Below are positions 1 through 12,147 of a stretch of DNA of 36,701 bases, in pieces (position 1 is the first letter of the stretch; the number at the start of each line of letters is the position of its first letter). The notes under the pieces are model-generated. The model was not told the origin of the DNA, did not search any database, and worked only from the letters and a program-made list of their open reading frames with translations. The translations under genes and the position numbers were made by a program. The stretch comes from Elsinoe ampelina. Its lineage: Eukaryota. Location: the NCBI GenBank assembly GCA_010093995.1, contig ML992509.1:852178-888878 (forward strand). Direction: 5' to 3'.

Positions 1-1
1 G

Positions 2-274
2 GACAGCTCGAGCGACGATGAAGGTGTCCCATGCTACTCTTGCAGCTGCAGCGCAACTGTCCGTGAGAACAAAGATGGATCGAAGAAAACCACTGTCTGG
101 AGCGGACCAGCATGTCAGAAGAAGGATGTGGTGACGCCATTCTGGCTCATCACTGGATTCACTGTGCTCATGATCTTCCTCGTCTCATGGGCGATTGGCA
201 CGATCATGACGATGGGCAATGAGGAGCTACCGAGCGTGATTGGCGCAGGTGTGAGCGGCGTGCCGAGGAAGTAG
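2..274 (+). CDS. 3' end of DUF3844 (Vps3844-like) membrane protein, truncated by the window edge
   Basis: Frame 2 reads ...CYSCSC...WSGPACQKKDVVTPFWLITGFTVLMIFLVSWAIG...EELPSVIGAGVSGVPRK*, matching the recalled fungal DUF3844 C-terminus (Cys motif, TM helix, ELPxVIGAGV). Not in the ORF track. Confidence 0.8.
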   Translation, partial: DSSSDDEGVPCYSCSCSATVRENKDGSKKTTVWSGPACQKKDVVTPFWLITGFTVLMIFLVSWAIGTIMTMGNEELPSVIGAGVSGVPRK

Positions 275-431
275 AAATGTGATAGCCGTACGAAGGTGGA
301 CAGAAACATGAACCCTAGCGCAAGGAAAGGCTTAGGAAGGGAGCAAGCATCTGACATTATGTACTCTGGCGCTGTTTACCAATTAGCTTCTCGCAGAATC
401 AAACAACCTGTACAATCCCCCGCCCCCTTTC

Positions 432-3400
432 TCATCCCCCTCCCATCCCCTTCCCCTCCCACTCCCTCTCCACCCTCCTCGCCTCCTCCACCGTAAACCC
501 AATCTCCCCCCTCCTATCATCCGTCAACCGTCCCCACTCCAACAACAACCTAAACATATAAACCTCCATGTCCTCCTTCCTCAGCACCTGCCCCGCCCAC
601 TCCCTCCCCGCCTCCGCAATCCCCATCCCTTCCTCCTCCCTCCCTCGCATCCGCGCGTGCTCCCTCCCCTTTTCCGCCGGCCATCCCATGAAATACACCA
701 ACGTCGCCCAGAGCCCCGTCCCTCGCAGGTCCAGCGGGACGAAATGCGCCCATGCCTCGACGCGGTCGTCGTACCATTCGCGAAACAGGGCGGCCTTGAA
801 GGGGAGGCTGCGGGACTGCAGGAAGGGTAAGAAGCGGCCTGAGAAGCCCGCGCCGTCGAGGTCGAGGAGGTACTTGTAGGTCCAATGCGATTGGAAATCC
901 GTCGGGGCGACGAGTGGTTTCAGGGCTTGGGCTTGCGCGGTGCAGTCCGGCTCGCCGCAGCGGAGGATTGGGTCGGTGAATTTGACGTCTGGGGAGAGGG
1001 TGAAGCGGAGGTGGGACGAGGGGAGGTAGGTGTACTTGTACTTGGACGAGGAGGTGGGGAGGAGGACGAGGGCGGAGGGCGAGACGCGCGAGTTGAGGAG
1101 TTGGTGGAAGCGTTGGCGCACGAAGCCGGTCCAGGCGTTGGAGCTGGCGGAGACGCCTTCGGTGGTGGCGCCGCGCCAGAAGAGGATGGATTTCTTTTCG
1201 GCGTAGATAGGGTCAGGTAATTCGGAGGTGGGGGAGTAGATGGCTTTGTCCATGTAGTTCCAGGCGGAGGGGTAGAGGATGTCGTTGAATTTGGGGGCTT
1301 TGGATTGGGAGAAGATGGGAAGGAGTTTATGGGTGCCTTTGAAGGAGGCAGGAGAGGCGAAGAATCCGTGGAGATGGCCTAGGTCGGGTTGGGAGCAGAT
1401 GTCGTTGGACAAGCGCCAGTCGGAAAGGAAGATGACGTCGGAGTGCTGCTCGATGCAGGTGGTGCAGAGCTGTGAGCGATCCCATACGTGTTTGGCAGCC
1501 ATGGCTTTCCGGTTCGGACAGGCACGAGCGCCGTATGGCTGGAATATGTTCTGGTATGACAGCTCGTCAAAGGCGGCGCCTAATAGATTCCCGTCTGGGG
1601 GTGGATCTTGCCATGTTCCAGCTCGGTCCTGACTGAAGGACGGCCGAAGGTTTTCGAAACCGGCAGTAGACGTCGCGTGTCGCTTTTGTACGGTCGTCTG
1701 TTGTCGAGTTGCATCAATCCAGCCCTCGAGACCTGCCATGACTCTTGTTTCATCATTGGTGTTGAAGGCCAGATCCATGTCTGGAATGTGTTCCTCAAAG
1801 GGACGGATCATTCTCTGAACACCTTCCATCATCCACCTGTGTGTGTCTCGAACTTTGTATATGCTTGTCTTGCCTCCTCGGATAGCGAGACCGGTGACAT
1901 CGTTGTCCGGACTCGACATGGCTTCCCAGGTCCGACTTCGAAGCTCATTCGGCTGGAACAGGCTGAATGGTTCGAGATCTCTCCAAATGCTGTCAAAATC
2001 GTCGATGACGTTCGAATTCCGCGACACTGCAAAAGCATACCACTTGTCGAAGCCTGGTGGCGGTGGCTGATTGTAGCGTTGTTCGTAGTTCATGACAGCT
2101 TCAGACAGAGTCTTTGATGTCTTGGCCTGTAATTTCCAGCTCTGATGTCGACCTTTGGCATCGTGGATCAAACGGTCGATCGGATGTTGATCTACAATGC
2201 CCGGCCGCCGTAGCTGTACCACAGTACCGAAAAGCAGGAGAAATCCAAAGAAGACGCCGAGGAAGAGCCTTTGTTGCCGGCTACTTTTTGCTGTTGACCG
2301 GTCTGGTAATTTAGTAATAGCACTGGCTTGAGCTTGGAAGATGCAACTTCCGCACGTGATCCAGAATCCAACCAGAGCCAGATTTACGCTCCAGGCTGGT
2401 AGAGATGTGATTGACGAGAAGTAATAGCCGAACGCCATGCTGATACAGACATTGAAAACGGTACCGGACATACCAAGGTGAATTATCTGCAATTATCAGC
2501 GCTGAATGAGAAGATGTGGAGCTTGTAGCTTACTGAATGGGTGGCACTGATAGCCATACCACATACTAGAAGATCAAGCCTGAAAGCAGCACGCAGAAAA
2601 TTCAGGGGTATCGAAATGGTCCAGTACCGATCCTCTGGCACGAAAGCAAACCAAATAATACCGTGGAAGATTACACACATTGAAGTAATCTACATGATGT
2701 TAGCGCTTTGATTCCAAGACGTTGGCAGAATACGTACGCCAAAGGTGAGACTAAGAAGAGAGACAGAAGTCTTGACCGGGACCTGACGTCCACTAGCGTC
2801 TGATAGGAGAAGAGCAGCGATAGAAAGCAATATCACGAGGTCTGCTAGAGCGGCGATGAACTGAAACGCGGATGCTGGTAGGCCGAGAAGCCATAGGCCT
2901 GAGGCAGGGCAGATGACGCTTGATCTAGGACCATTACTACCAATCCGCATCGAGACCGAGCCAAAGGCATATAGCAGGGAGCCTATGAGTACAAAGGCTC
3001 GTCGTCTGCGCTCGAGCGCTGCTCCTCGACCGGGCTCTAACACACTCTTGATTGGGTCACGGAGTTGTACATCCGATCTTCCAAAGTCCTCGAGTGCCAT
3101 GTACAACGGCAACAAGGTCTACCGGGATCAGCTCGGGAGACTCGTTTTGAGGTTCGACAACTTACCACGGACGATATCACTACCGGTAGGGTCAAGCATT
3201 CAGCATGCCGAGTCATCTGCTTGAACGTGACAATGCGGACGCCCAGAGCCAGGACGAGGGCCAACACTGGCTTTCTCGCCCATGTCGGAAAACTCTCATT
3301 AGTGAGCCTGACCAGATGATGGTTGCTAAGTCGCCCGAGAATGCCATCTTGCGGGCCGAGAAGATGTATAGACTCATCATGGCTGTTGTACTGATCTGCC

Positions 3401-3656
3401 GGCGGTAAGAAGCGCTTTGAGAAATGGCCAAGAACAGCCAAGGTGACCAAATAAATCAGGGCCAAGTGGACGGGGCGGTCTGTCAAAAAGTGAGTTTATG
3501 ATCCCTGTCGCAGTCTTTGCAGAAGCGTCCTACCGTATGCCCATGAATCCGCGCTTTCGAAAATGTAGTGCGTCGAACAGTAGCTAAGCAATCTGCACTA
3601 AATGAGTATATTTGCCTTTTTACGCAGGGCGATTTTGCGAGGCTCACATGCTGCAT
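432..3656 (-). CDS. Glycosyltransferase family 90 (CAP10/Cxt1 beta-1,2-xylosyltransferase-like) with N-terminal TM region; multi-exon, 5' end uncertain
   Basis: ORF 432..2492 has PPPGFDKW, PDMDLAFN-DE, FWRGATT, KYLLDLDGAGFSGRFLPFL, WAHFVP and EDMEVYMFRLLLEWGR. Upstream hydrophobic ORFs (2483-2680, 2690-3115, 3037-3486) are linked by GT-AG introns (e.g. ~2487-2533, ~2690-2737). Confidence 0.85.
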
Positions 3657-4241
3657 ATCCCTGTCCAGTCTTGCTTGGATAGCCAACGTGGCCATGTGCT
3701 TGACAGGGGCCAGCTGTGGCTCAGAGGAGCTCGCGCCGGAGAATGGTCCATGTCGTTACGGTCCTGTCACGTGCATGTCGTGGCGCTGTCATAAATCGCC
3801 ATGGAGTTTATGCCGATCGACATGCGAGCGTCGAGAGGAGAGATATGGAATAAAGGCTGCCTGAGGAGAAATTATAATGAGGCGTCTTGTAGCTGAAAAG
3901 AAGGCGGGTGGTGTCCCAGACTGACACGCTTTGGGCCACTCCTATCGCTTGCCCTGATTATTAGTGGCGTCAATGATGGACGGCACGGCTGTCTCTCGCT
4001 TCCGTTCTTCCCTGCTTTCTCCATCAACGACATGGTTGTCGCCATCACATCTGATCATCAAGATGGTTCTCTGCAAGAGAAGCAAGCAATCCAAGTGCAT
4101 TGAAGAATTTTCCGCTATTAATCATGATAATAAAGACAACACTTTCTGCACTTACAGCCAGCTATTCTAACGGAAATAACTAAGCCCGCACCAAGAGATG
4201 TAGGACTTCGAACAGGCATGCGCGCATTCGATATCATCAGA

Positions 4242-4790
4242 TTAACTACGAGAACCAACCAATGTGGCACCCCTTGCTTTACTATCCTGGAAGGACGCCC
4301 CAACCGTAGATTTCAAGAAACACTTACCCTCGACCATGTCGACATGCACGCATCCTGTCGCCTTTTCGCACATCTCAATGCACGACATGAAGTTGCCCGG
4401 CTGCACCACCTTGAAGTTCCCGCCACGATGCCGAACACCGCACTCGATCCCAAACGTCGATCCGGCTCTGGTCGTCACGTTCTGCTTGTCGAACCACGGA
4501 CAGCTAGGACCAGAATCCCAATTGCCAATCGTGATGCGCGGCCCCTTCCGTATCTTGCCCCCGTCGGTTGTAGTCAGCGTACCATTCGCGTTGTTCGAGC
4601 CGAATGTATTGTTGTAGTCCGGCTGTGGCCAATCCAGCACCAAGACAGTATTCACCCAATCTGCGCAGTCAGCTTGAGGTCCTTTCCTTTGTTGCACACA
4701 CGTACCATGCTTCGGCACAACACTACACGGTGCTTCAGGCTGACACTCCTCTGCCGTGCCCCATCCCAGTGCTCTCCCCGAAGCTATCAC
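4242..4790 (-). CDS. Small Cys-rich protein with a C-terminal Apple/PAN-like domain; true start/first exon not resolved
   Basis: CPWFD...FGIECGVRHRGGNF...FMSCIEMC...GCVHVDMVEGKCFLKS...GATLV fits the fungal PAN/apple cysteine spacing. The ORF has no upstream in-frame ATG or signal peptide. Confidence 0.55.
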   Translation of the reverse strand: MIASGRALGWGTAEECQPEAPCSVVPKHGTCVQQRKGPQADCADWVNTVLVLDWPQPDYNNTFGSNNANGTLTTTDGGKIRKGPRITIGNWDSGPSCPWFDKQNVTTRAGSTFGIECGVRHRGGNFKVVQPGNFMSCIEMCEKATGCVHVDMVEGKCFLKSTVGASFQDSKARGATLVGSRS

Positions 4791-5184
4791 GGTCGGTACA
4801 AGTTGCGCTGCCCTTTATGTAGATCTACCAGTGCTGAATGTCGATATCAACTCCCCATTCATATACACATACTGGTCTAGGTCGAGATCGCCCTCGCTCC
4901 ACAGAGAAGGTCGTTCGGAGTGAAAGGCCATAAATGAAGCTTAAAGAGAAGTGCTGGTGATTGACTAGAGTTATGCCTGAATGGGGGCAGAGTGAGGCGG
5001 ATAATGAGGCGGGAGATCGCTGGACATTGAAACCAAGGATGGGGTGTCGGGTTTGCTTGAAAGTGAGGCTCTGGAGCGCCGGTAACAACAAGTATTTACT
5101 GTTGAGAGTGTTGAAAATCCCACTCTGATATTCTGGGAGTTTTGGGAGATGCATAAAATTTACATTGCGCTTCTGCAAGCCGGC

Positions 5185-6709
5185 TTATGCCTCCGTAAAG
5201 TTCTTGTACGATACCGTCTTCGTCTTCATGAACTCATCCATGCCCCACTGTCCATTGAAACGGCCCCACCCACTCTTCTTCACGCCGCCGTGACCGAGAG
5301 TGGGCTCGTCATGCACCGACATTTGGTTGATGTGGATAGCACCGCTATCGATCTCGCGAGCAATTCGGAGGGCTCGTCCAAGGTTTTCGGAGAAGACAGC
5401 ACCAGATAGACCATAGTCTGTGTCGTTGGCAATGTCGATGGCCTCCTGCTCGGTCTCGAAGGGGATGAGCGAGACAGATGGGCCGAAAGATTCCGTGTAG
5501 TACAGATCCATACCTGGCTTGACGCCAGTGACAATGAACGGTCGTATCCGGTACTCGTTCTCGGCATTGAGCGCAGTGTCGAGGTCGCCGTAGATGAGCT
5601 TGGCGCCCTTGCTCGTGGCGTCTTCAATGAGCTTCTTGTTCTTCTGCACTGCAGGTTTGGCGACCAGTGTAGGTCCATCTCCAGACTTGGGGTACACCTT
5701 CTCCACTGCCTCCTTGAGCGCCTCGGAGAATGGCTCAAGAATAGACTTGTCGACTAAGATTCGCTCGGTGCTCATGCAAATCTGTCCACTGTGAATGAAA
5801 GCGCCAAGCGCGCACTGCATGGCCGCGTTCTGTAGTTCTGCGTCCTTGAGTACAATTGCCGACGCTTTGCCTCCCAACTCCATCACGACCGGCTTGAGCT
5901 CCTTCCCTGCCTTTGACGAGATAATGGAACCAACGGCTGTCGATCCAGTAAAGTTGACCTTCTTGGTATAAACATTTTCGATCAAAGCGTTCGTGACTTC
6001 GACAGCGTCAGAGGGCTGATGGTAGATGACATTGAGCACGCCAGCAGGAAGACCAGCTTCGTGCATGACGGAACCGAGGGACCAGAAGCATCGTGGGCTC
6101 AATTCGGAACCCTTGAGGACTACTGTGTTGCCGGTTGCGATAGCATACAGGAAAGCTCGAGTACCGAGGATGAAGGGAGCGTTCCAAGGGGCGATGCCGA
6201 CGTTGACACCATATGGCTCCTTGAAGACAAAAGCTCCGGTACCCTCGACAGTGGTCTCGGGAATCACACCAGTTATGGTAGGAGCCCTGCCACCCACATC
6301 CTTCAGCATCTCAATCGTGGTTGGCAGCATGAAGCCGTTCGCGACAGGGTCTGGCGCACCGGTCTCTTCCATCTGGTAGCTCGCCAACTCCTGTTGCCTT
6401 CGCTGCATAATCTCTGCTGCCTTGAAGAGTATGTCCCTGATCTTTTGAGGTTTTGTTTTCCGCCATGTCTTGAATGCCTTTTGCGCCGCCTCGACTGCTT
6501 GGTCTGTTTCTTTTTTCGTTGCTCCGTAGCATTTCCAGATCTGCTTGGAAGTGGCTGGTGACTGTATATCGAATACAGTGGAAGTGGTTACCTCCTTGCC
6601 ATCAATCCATAGAGGGCTGTCATCACATTAGAGGCAGAAGATGGTGGGGGTAGGAGGGGCATGGGTACATTGTGTAATCTGTCCCATTTGAAGTGCCGTT
6701 GGCAGCCAT
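5185..6709 (-). CDS. Aldehyde dehydrogenase, salicylaldehyde/vanillin dehydrogenase-like
   Basis: Motifs IAPWNAP, FTGSTAVG, MELGGK (catalytic Glu), GQICMS (catalytic Cys) and ESFGP. ATG at 6709 (MAANGTSNG), intron 6617-6668, then in frame to the ORF ending at 5185. Confidence 0.92.
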
Positions 6710-7155
6710 GATGTCGTATTATGCGGGGTGTAGCTACTATAGCGTTTGTTAATTGTAGCCCAATCGAAAGAAGCAGCAGTTGTCGCGAAAGAGAGACTTA
6801 CCATGATTCATAAATCTTTCTGATGCTCCCGGGATAGGTTGGAGGACCGGGGAGGGACCGGCAATGGCAGATGGGCATGGCAGATGCGGGGTTCACACCG
6901 GCGAGACCTCAGCCACCCAAGGACCGACTCGCAGCTCCGCGACTAGTGTCAGTAAACTTCCGGGCAGGGTGCGCCTAATTGCCCAGAGCAGAGCTTGAAC
7001 CAATCCTGTCCGTCGAGGAGGGCGATGGTGTATGCCACGTTGTCCTACAGTACCTACCTTGTGTGTAGATTAACCGCCAGCTGACATTGACTGCTCGTCA
7101 ACGAGAAACACAATCAGCACTGGCCATTCGAGCACGACCAGGATACTTGATCATA

Positions 7156-7516
7156 ATGGCGACTGCAGAACCTCCAGTCTCACCCGTGAGAACGAACAGA
7201 CCTGAGCTGCGCGTGGATGCCGCCGCCATCAACAATGAGCCAATTGAGCTAGACGGAACCCCCACAACTCCTGCAAGATTGAGGGCCAGGGCTGCGGAAG
7301 GACAGGCAATACCATCTCAGTCGCAAGATGCACCGCCCATCAGCGAAGATGAAAAGAGGGTGAGCACAAACGATAAGACATCAAGAACAAGATGATAACA
7401 CAAGACAGCGGTTGGCCAAACTCATCTCCGAACGGAAAGCAAATCCAGCCGTCCTGGTCGACATTCCTCAAACGCCGCAAGCAGAAGAACTGAACGTGGC
7501 CGAGAAGACGAATTGA
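7156..7516 (+). CDS. Small hypothetical protein (~103 aa), 2 exons
   Basis: ATG 7156; intron 7360-7408 (GTGAGC...ATAAC...CAG) joins ...SEDEKR to RLAKLISERKANPAVLVDIPQTPQAEELNVAEKTN* in frame. Confidence 0.65.
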
Positions 7517-7926
7517 GCCATGTGAGATGTGAGGAATGTAAAAGTGGTTTCCTATCACATGCCATCCCGGACATGACTTCACACGACTTCACGCCAACCA
7601 CCGCCGCAGCTAGACTCGACGCTATATGAGCTTTGCCAACTCGTCCAGCCAGGCTATTGAGAAGTAGGTATTATCAATGAGGCGGTGGAGATTCTATTGA
7701 CGGCAGAAGCAACGTGGTTACCAATCATGAATTGTAGGGACCCGTTTGGCTTTGTCTGGCCGGAAAGGGTATTGTCTGAGGTCCGGTCAATCAAACGACA
7801 GAGGTTCACAATTGTCTTTGTCTATACACCTATTCTCTCCAATGGAAGAATTACTACTTCGATTATCTGCACGAGGCCAGACTGCTGTTCTATTCCACAG
7901 CCCCGACCGTCGACTCGCTCCTCAAC

Positions 7927-9480
7927 ATGTATAGCCCTCAGCCAGTCTCCAAGAAGCCTCCTGGCGTGCTCAAGTACACCAGTTCCGAGACCAGAGACAC
8001 TTCACAGCACTCCATACCCTCGTTCCAGTCATTCATAAAGAGCACGCCGCCACTCCAAGACGCTCAAAAACCTCTCCCACCAAATCCTCCGGCCAACTCC
8101 ACAACTGCAGATCAGGAGACGTCCCAACTCAGGCGACGTTCTTCGAGTGTCTACAGCCGTGTCATCGACCAGTGGGCGGCAACGCCGGAATCGTGGACAA
8201 GCTCACCCATGTCTTCACCCATCAAGTCTTCGGCTTCGACTCACCAGTACAGCTTGGACAATGGTGAGATTCTACAACCAACAGTTTTCCGACCGGCAAA
8301 ACCGGAGTGGGACAATGGTCACGATTCCGGTATTCAACTTTCCACTTTCAAGCCAGTCTCTGAATCATCCTTTGACAAGCCCGAAGATGTAAAGGTTGGG
8401 CCCAACGAGAAGACAGTGACTCTACTACTGCCAGAGGAATGGAGACAGAAGGCAGCAAACAACAAATCGATTCACAGCGATATCAGCAATCACAAGGATA
8501 CTTCGGACGAAGATGACGAAGCTCTCAAATCCCCGGGGAGCGTCCGATTTGATCTTCAGAACATGGTGGCGTACGCCAAACAAAAGCCATTGAACATGCC
8601 ACAAACATCGTACAGCGATCCATACCTGAGATACGCCGACGCCTATCGCAAAGACTCTGACTCATCTCTGCTCAGCTACGAGGCTCGCGGCCGCACCACC
8701 AGCCGACAGTACTCCGCACCGCAAACACCTATTCGCTATGGGCCCCCTAATGAGGATGGAGCTCTTGCTCCTCGTGTGCCGTCAGAAGCTGAGCGTTTGG
8801 CACACATGTACCACGCCGTACTGCGCGATCAATCACTCCACTCCAGTCGCAATAGCAGTACCTACTCGCGCTCGGACAGTCCGGACACGAGAACACACAT
8901 GAAAATGATCCCACAACCACTCTTCCACAACCCAAGGACGATTTCCGACCACCGCGCCAGGGAATATTCAGCACCTCGCTTCAACAATGCCTCGCCCGGA
9001 TCCTCGGGAGCTCGCAGCATCTTGAAGAACGGCAGCTCTGCTCCAATTGCAACGCAAGAGATCCGATCCAAAAAGCCTCTCCTACCAGGAATCATGGCCA
9101 CAGCGTCCCGTCACAACATTGACTTCTCGGACCTTAGCCCAAGAAGCGACAAGTCCGACACTCCAATTCTCGGCCGATTCGCAAGCCTCCCAAAGGTCAG
9201 AAACAGCAGCCCACACCTGCACAGCCCCACGAAGATCACCCACAGCAATAGCGGGACGTTCGCAACCATGAAAGACATGGTCAGCTCACTCCCCTCTAGA
9301 AGGCTTTCGCTTCACATGCCGGCCGCCGTCAAGAACGTGCATATCGACACGGAAAAGGTGAAGGAGACACTGGGCAAAGTAGGGACGATGCTGGAGAGCA
9401 AGGAGAAGAAGAGAGAGAAGGAGAAAGAACAGAGGAAGAAGGACTTGAAGAGGATGATCAGGGTGATCCCGAACGAATGA
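7927..9480 (+). CDS. Ser/Pro-rich low-complexity hypothetical protein (517 aa) with a charged C-terminal helix
   Basis: Long uninterrupted ORF; the C-terminus EKKREKEKEQRKKDLKRMIRVIP resembles ends seen in disordered fungal proteins. Confidence 0.75.
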   Translation: MYSPQPVSKKPPGVLKYTSSETRDTSQHSIPSFQSFIKSTPPLQDAQKPLPPNPPANSTTADQETSQLRRRSSSVYSRVIDQWAATPESWTSSPMSSPIKSSASTHQYSLDNGEILQPTVFRPAKPEWDNGHDSGIQLSTFKPVSESSFDKPEDVKVGPNEKTVTLLLPEEWRQKAANNKSIHSDISNHKDTSDEDDEALKSPGSVRFDLQNMVAYAKQKPLNMPQTSYSDPYLRYADAYRKDSDSSLLSYEARGRTTSRQYSAPQTPIRYGPPNEDGALAPRVPSEAERLAHMYHAVLRDQSLHSSRNSSTYSRSDSPDTRTHMKMIPQPLFHNPRTISDHRAREYSAPRFNNASPGSSGARSILKNGSSAPIATQEIRSKKPLLPGIMATASRHNIDFSDLSPRSDKSDTPILGRFASLPKVRNSSPHLHSPTKITHSNSGTFATMKDMVSSLPSRRLSLHMPAAVKNVHIDTEKVKETLGKVGTMLESKEKKREKEKEQRKKDLKRMIRVIPNE

Positions 9481-10319
9481 CGTGGATGATGGGCTTGGTG
9501 GCGATGGCTTCAAAGAACTCTTGAGCTGATCAGCGTAGCATGCAGTTTTCCCACAGTATCTCATTCTCAATCACTGTTTCTCCGCTCGCGACTCCCTTCA
9601 TAGCCAAGGGAACCGAAGACCGCGGCGCTAATGGGGTTCGTCGCCCAAGCAGTGGGACGTGGAGTGGTCGAAACATGAACTACCGTGCAAACCCAGACTC
9701 GGCAGAGAAGCAAAAGCCTTAGGGAAGGGCTATCTTGTCGCTCCTGCTGAAGTACGAACGATTCGTGTGACGTCCTTCCGGTCTGAAAAGTCTAAGGTAC
9801 GAGTGGTCTCCGCCCGTGCTTTACGAGAATGGTTGACGATCACGTGACTGAATCGGCTCAGCCTGCTAAATTCTTCGTTGTAGATCTGCGTCCTTATCAC
9901 TCATCCCGTCATACCGAAATTGAAGGTAATCAGTCACGCCTCCATACAACGAAACCTGGTAGTGCCTGCACGACAAATCCCTGCCATCGCGTGACTGCGC
10001 CTGACATGGAAATGTCCCTGACTCCCCAGCCGTTCGAAGCATGTAAAAATAGAGAGAGACTTCAACGTCGTACGGGTATAGAACTTCTACCGGTCCGTAA
10101 TGCCCGAAATACATGAGACTTCACACTTTTGTACATCTCCGCCGACTGTGGTGAGACACTTCGTACAATGACATGTCCTGACGAAGGTGAGTATATAATC
10201 GACCTGCTTTCTAGTAGGACATACTCCATCATCTCACCAACTTCAAGCAACATCTTCCATCTCCTTACATCATCCTCCTGAACCTCAGCATCTCAGCCAT
10301 TCGCCGACATCAACTCAGC

Positions 10320-11309
10320 ATGCGTTCCGCCCTCTTCATCTCCGCTATCATTGCCAGCGCCTCTGCTGGCAGCCTTCTCGCAAGGCAAGAAGGTCCTTGC
10401 CAGGTCAAATACAATCAGTGCATTGCTACTGGCAGAGCGGAGGTAGCATGCTCTTGCGATCGACAGGCTTGTTTCGGCGGGGACAGTGCTCGTGCTCGGG
10501 ACTACTGTTCGTCTGCGACTGCTACCCTCACTGGTACCGCCGCCACCGGGACTGCAGTAGCCGTCGTCAAACTTGGCGAAGTCTGCTCCAGCGACGCACA
10601 GTGCCCAAAGGGCGTGCAATGCAAGAACACTCCCGACCTGATCAATCCCAAATTCCAACAGAACATCGTCTGCGGCGGCTATAACGCGACCTGTACCAGC
10701 AATGCTCAGTGTCAGTACAACACATGCAAGGCTGGACTCTGCAACGGCGCGCCTATCACGGTCACATCCACCACTACTTCTGCGGCTCCCACCAGTCCTG
10801 TCGTCGCTGCCCCTACTCCTACTCACGTCAAACTCGGCGAAGTGTGCTCGAGCGACGCACAGTGCCCAAAGGGCGTTCAATGCAAGAACACCCCCGATCT
10901 GATCAACCCCAAGTTCCAGCAGAACATCATCTGCGGCGGCTACAATGCGACATGCGCCAACAACGCACAGTGCCAGTACAACACATGCAACAAGGGTCTC
11001 TGCAATGGCGCTCCTCTCGTTTCGAACACAAGCTCAGCTGCCTCTACCATGACCGTACCAACCACTCACGGTCCAGTCGTCAAGCCCGTATCCACTACTA
11101 CAACTACTTCCGTGTCCACCGTCCAGACCCCAGTCGTCAAGCCTGCCTCTGCAAGCACTACTGCTGTAGCGATCAAACCTTCGACCAACGCCACAGTCAG
11201 CTCTCGACCTGCCACCAGTTCCGTTGTCACATTCAAGGGTGCCGCCGACAAAGTTAGCATTGGTGGAACCATCATTGTGCTCGGTAGCATTGCCGCGTTG
11301 TTTCTGTGA
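10320..11309 (+). CDS. Secreted, probably GPI-anchored Cys-rich cell-surface protein with two 8-Cys repeats and an S/T stalk
   Basis: Signal peptide MRSALFISAIIASASA, duplicated 63-aa module, Thr/Ser/Pro-rich linker, FKGAA omega-site region and a hydrophobic C-terminal tail. Confidence 0.9.
   Translation: MRSALFISAIIASASAGSLLARQEGPCQVKYNQCIATGRAEVACSCDRQACFGGDSARARDYCSSATATLTGTAATGTAVAVVKLGEVCSSDAQCPKGVQCKNTPDLINPKFQQNIVCGGYNATCTSNAQCQYNTCKAGLCNGAPITVTSTTTSAAPTSPVVAAPTPTHVKLGEVCSSDAQCPKGVQCKNTPDLINPKFQQNIICGGYNATCANNAQCQYNTCNKGLCNGAPLVSNTSSAASTMTVPTTHGPVVKPVSTTTTTSVSTVQTPVVKPASASTTAVAIKPSTNATVSSRPATSSVVTFKGAADKVSIGGTIIVLGSIAALFL
10566..11015 (+). repeat. Intragenic duplication: 189-bp units at 10566-10754 and 10827-11015
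   Basis: VKLGEVCSSDAQCPKGVQCKNTPDLINPKFQQNI(V/I)CGGYNATC...CNGAP; 58/63 aa identical, with numerous synonymous differences. Confidence 0.95.
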
Positions 11310-12147
11310 GGCGATCCGAGAATAGCATCGAGTTAGGAGTGCATTCGACTACAAGGATATTGAAGTTTTAGCATTGCGAGCATCGGGGGTTCATCTGCAT
11401 ATCTGTTCCAGCATCGTACCGGTTTTGGGAGATTAATCATAATACATCGTTGTCTTTGATCCATATACTGACATGCTTTGTGTGCCGAAATCAACAGAAC
11501 TCAAGCGAGTCCTTCTCAATTCAAACCTGGATTGCGTTGCCAGCATGACCGTTTCGTCCATGGTCACGTGACCTTCACGTCAAATCGCACTGAACCAGAT
11601 CCACCTGGACTTGCTCAACACCATATTTGCCAATTTTCTTCCACCATGAGATTCATCGAGCCACTGAATGTCTGATTCGGACTACTGGGCAATTCACTAC
11701 CACAACTGCGCGTATGCCGGTCACTTGTGCGCTCGCGGCGACGAGGCTGACGACACGTTTTTCGGCGCGCACAACGTAAGATCTGTGGCTACCTACTTGA
11801 CCTTGTGGCATTGAGCCAAGCTTCCTTGCATGCATTGATTGTCACCGAGCGGACGGGACAACTGGCCACTCTTCTCGATACAAGCATCACATTTTCAGCG
11901 ATGGATTGAACAAGGCGCTGGCAACTAGCAAGCTGTTCTGTAGCCCGGAACAACACTGGTTTTGTATGTTGCCCCCAAGAAGAAAAGACCAGATGGCATA
12001 TGTGATATCATATCAACGCTGGATTGGCATCATGCTTGAGCCTGCTGGCTCTTCCGTGGGGTATCTCACTTCCCATAAGTGGCTCTCATCCCTTTCATTT
12101 CTGCAGCTGTTGCTGTTTGACCTTGACTTCCCAAGCCTCTATCAAGC

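Noticed and set aside
415..1400. Strong C-rich then G-rich strand skew and overlapping short ORFs
   Set aside because: Explained by codon choice in the 3' part of the GT90 CDS; the overlapping ORFs are shadows.
432..3656. GT90 gene as the glycosyltransferase member of the cytokinin cluster (Fusarium FCK clusters include a capsule-related transferase)
   Set aside because: It lies about 19 kb away, separated by housekeeping genes, and GT90 genes are common in ascomycetes.
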